DNA from: Candidatus Krumholzibacteriia bacterium
Lineage (GTDB): Bacteria > Krumholzibacteriota > Krumholzibacteriia > WVZY01
Direction of reading: 5' to 3'
NCBI GenBank assembly: GCA_036478295.1
Contig: JAZGDW010000169.1
Location: forward strand, 1-14,637
Length of the DNA stretch: 14,637 bases
Numbering within the stretch: position 1 is the first letter of the stretch; each line of letters starts with the position of its first letter. Under the pieces are notes generated by a model, which worked only from the letters and a program-made list of their open reading frames with translations, did no database searches and had not been told where the DNA came from. This document shows, one piece after another, positions 12,901-14,637 of this stretch. The position numbers and the translations under genes were made by a program.

Positions 12901-14637
12901 CGACTGAAAACCAATGCTGAAGGGCAGCCACTGCCAGTCCTGCGGGTTACTGCCGTTTTCAGACAGGGCGACCACCCCGCCGCCGGACGACAGGAAGGCG
13001 TCAATGTCCGCCTTCTTGTCCACCAGGGCCTGCATTCCCGCCGACAACGCGCCCGGCGTCCACCCGACGTAGAGCAAGTCATATTGCCTCAGGTCGACTG
13101 CGGCAAACGCCGCCGGTGTGACCAGCGTGTACGCCATGCCCAGAATATCCAGAGCCTGGTAGTTTTCCGGCTTGCCGATATTTACGGTGATAATCCTGGG
13201 GGCCGCCGCCGGTGCCGCCGGCACGAGGCGCTGCTCCTGGAAGGCAGACGGGTCGAAGGCGTTGAGACCGAGGTCCTTCGGCATCGGAATGGTGATCGTC
13301 CGTTGCCTCGCGCCCAGCCCGGGCGTACCACCGCGAAGCCCGTCACCGAAGCCGGTCGAGGTGGCGCCGTTGCCACGCACTGACACCGCCGTGGCCGAGG
13401 CGACCGCTCTAATCAGGATGAAAAAGTCCAGGGGACTGCCACCGGCCGAGTTGTCGATGGTCAGCACCTGGGTCGAGACATCACCGGTAAACAGGCTGTC
13501 AACCAGCGAGTCCGGCGACACCACCATCACCGGCGGCACGACTCCCGTGCCCAGCAGCGCCACGGTGACCGTCGGCTCATCGGGATCGTCGCTCGCAAGG
13601 GTCAAGGTCGCGGGAATCGACCCCGGCCCAAGCGGCGAGAACGTGACGACGACGTCCTGGCTGGCGCCGGGGGCCAGCGCAAAGGCGGTTACGTCCACCG
13701 TGTAATCCGGCTTGTCGGTGGAGACACTGCTGACGTTGAGCATATCGGTCCCCGCGTTGCTCACAGTGAGTGTATCCCTGATCGTCGCCCCGACGAAGTG
13801 TGCCCCATAATCGAACAGCGTGTCGGAGAGCACGATATCGGGTGCGCCGGTCACGTGCAAATGAACCGGCACCTCCACGTTCGGGTCCAGGGGGTCGTTG
13901 TTCGCGATGAGAATGTTGGCGTCGTAGCCGCCGGCGATCAGTCCGGCCGCGTTGAACATAATGTCGATATCCATCGACATCCCCACGGGGACGGTGCCGG
14001 TAAGCGGGGCAGCGATGATCCACCGCACACCCTCGCCGGCCCATTCCAGTGCGTTGCGCAGGAAAACCCCGGCGCCCGGATTGCCAACGTTTACGAAGTG
14101 CCAGTCGGGGTCGAGGCCGGTGAGCAAGACCCGCCCCGCTCCGAATTTGCCCGCCAGCACAACGGCTTGCGCCGATCCACCGTCGATCGCGAGGACTTCC
14201 AGGTCAGACGGGTAACCAACGAAGACGTTGTGAAACGAACTGCCCCAGTTGCTGAGGTCGGCGTCCGTCAGGTCCGCCATCACCGGATGACCGGGGTTGG
14301 TTATATCGACGTTGTCCCCGCCAATTCCCAGGAAACCGATGGTGAAGGGCAGCCATTGCCAGTCCTGCGGGTTGGTGCCGGCCTCCGACAGGGCAACCAG
14401 CCCGCCGCCGGCGATTACGAAGTTTTTGATCTCCGCCCTCTTGTCGACCAGAGCCTGCATTCCCGCCACGGTCGCTCCCGGCGTCCAGCCGACGTACAAC
14501 AAGTCGAATTGCGTCAAGTTCACTCCTGCGAACGCGGCGGGCGAGACCAGTGTGTAGGGGATGCCCAGAATGTCCAGTATCTGGTAGTTCTCCGGGTTGC
14601 CGATATCCACCGTGATGATCTTGGGAAAACCCGCCTG
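9985..14637 (-). CDS. Giant modular secreted/surface protein (partial, 5' end outside window): repeated BACON-like and choice-of-anchor D (ASH-like) Ig domains with inserted class I GATase-like/DUF4350-like domains, and a FlgD-Ig/T9SS-like C-terminal domain
   Basis: The frame is open to the window edge (QAGFPKIITVDIGNPENY...), so GTG 14610 is not the real start. Three copies of F(I/V)G...(T/S)xxVxNxGTDxLxV...F...V(T)(F/Y)xP...T(I/L)xS(N/D)D. Four copies of W...P..GT(V/I)..G.S..I...(F/M)(D/N). C-terminus FSLHQNYPNPLNPTTTIAYDLP...IYNVRGERIR...WDGRNTRGESVASGVYFYRL...RKMIMLK. Confidence 0.88.
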   Translation of the reverse strand, partial: QAGFPKIITVDIGNPENYQILDILGIPYTLVSPAAFAGVNLTQFDLLYVGWTPGATVAGMQALVDKRAEIKNFVIAGGGLVALSEAGTNPQDWQWLPFTIGFLGIGGDNVDITNPGHPVMADLTDADLSNWGSSFHNVFVGYPSDLEVLAIDGGSAQAVVLAGKFGAGRVLLTGLDPDWHFVNVGNPGAGVFLRNALEWAGEGVRWIIAAPLTGTVPVGMSMDIDIMFNAAGLIAGGYDANILIANNDPLDPNVEVPVHLHVTGAPDIVLSDTLFDYGAHFVGATIRDTLTVSNAGTDMLNVSSVSTDKPDYTVDVTAFALAPGASQDVVVTFSPLGPGSIPATLTLASDDPDEPTVTVALLGTGVVPPVMVVSPDSLVDSLFTGDVSTQVLTIDNSAGGSPLDFFILIRAVASATAVSVRGNGATSTGFGDGLRGGTPGLGARQRTITIPMPKDLGLNAFDPSAFQEQRLVPAAPAAAPRIITVNIGKPENYQALDILGMAYTLVTPAAFAAVDLRQYDLLYVGWTPGALSAGMQALVDKKADIDAFLSSGGGVVALSENGSNPQDWQWLPFSIGFQSRNFDFVTIVNSSHPVMAGLTSADLSNWGSSAHNVFTSLPRALEVLAVEGSSTQTAIVAGPVGAGRVVLSGLDPDWHLVNQARPGAAILLRNALEWAGAGVGWVLADPLIGTVAPGASANIDVTFDASGLLGGDYHAEMIISSNDPLAAEVVIPAHLNVTGAANIAVSTRLVTFPPLFIGGSDTRSIVVSNVGTDVLTVTGITSDNADYTVNLTNFNLNPGENRTIVVTFRPSSAGPLPGTLTIASNDIDEGLLAITLEGEGLVPPQIVTQPDSLHEALIAGDSAQQILTIRNPGGSDLIFTTLVTAAGDSSGTPVSPAVFGRGGHEGERSRFGSGLRAGVARDGNTTTAVMPDIAPTSAPDDAATGTAVVWLLVTPPSGTISAGDSLNITVTFNASTLLGGSFAATIQFSTNVPTQPIVTVPATLDVTGVPKIGVSTTLIDFGSVFIGFPDTRSIQVKNIGTDLLSVSGIVSSHPEFTIAPTTFDVPIGGQQTVNVTYAPTSVGAVAAIMTISSNDASQSTLDVDLTAEALVAPVIVVSDDSLKHVIQPGEIRNDTITVSNTGGSDLNWNLNVTVPTGSSPLAAGGMGGPAGVTSPGRPMGRAATAGVFNVLWHGHHGLGGIALWSIIISDITARGATVVENSGPITPSLLGGFDILWLGNTAIPFTGAEITAIVDWVLAGGSLLIEADTAPSVPIYEGLNIAIGSGIFYFAAAGFGGPTNLIHPHEMTSGVSQITLLGPDAQLILFAPAQRLVDDLFGQSMIAYSEVGSGRVVAMTDQPFHDVMIHFDDNRLLANQVFNWMAQLAWLTVTPVTGTVAPGGSVDIILNMDGTVLPPGMFQQNLNISSNDPATPVVTVAVQLVVDSTNVVTAFGVDLRVPVEFSLHQNYPNPLNPTTTIAYDLPAAVDARLVIYNVRGERIRELVNEFQQPGRYKIQWDGRNTRGESVASGVYFYRLKAGNFVRTRKMIMLK

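Noticed and set aside
1577..14557. Many long antisense or alternate-frame ORFs (e.g. 1577..2527 +, 2812..3579 -, 5986..7182 -, 7746..8744 -, 11050..12192 +, 12436..13383 +)
   Set aside because: These are shadow ORFs expected from high-GC codon bias opposite real genes, with no recognisable motifs.
12610..14620. Diversity-generating retroelement template/variable repeat pair
   Set aside because: Both copies are in-frame coding domains, the differences are not confined to adenines, and no reverse transcriptase is present in the window.

Overview
GC-rich bacterial chromosomal window, probably from an FCB-group candidate lineage such as Krumholzibacteriota, Latescibacterota or Eisenbacteria. This placement is an inference from two proteins with FlgD-like 'YPNPFNP/YPNPLNP' C-terminal domains and a 'VPVEESTWGxIKALY' tail. 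Gene order: DUF418 membrane protein (+, probably 5'-truncated); convergent MscS-family channel (-); unannotated gene remnant ending in TWGVIKALY (-); lipoprotein (+); hflK-hflC (+) with terminator; secreted tandem beta-helix/choice-of-anchor Q protein (+); four-copy 44-bp non-coding tandem array; ArsR-SRPBCC fusion regulator (+) with paired GTGAC-N6-GTCAC operators and an internal RBS; large hairpin; giant modular secreted protein (-, runs off the window) whose Ig-like repeats carry exchangeable inserted domains. No rRNA, tRNA, CRISPR array or transposase was recognised. All family assignments are by eye, without database searches.
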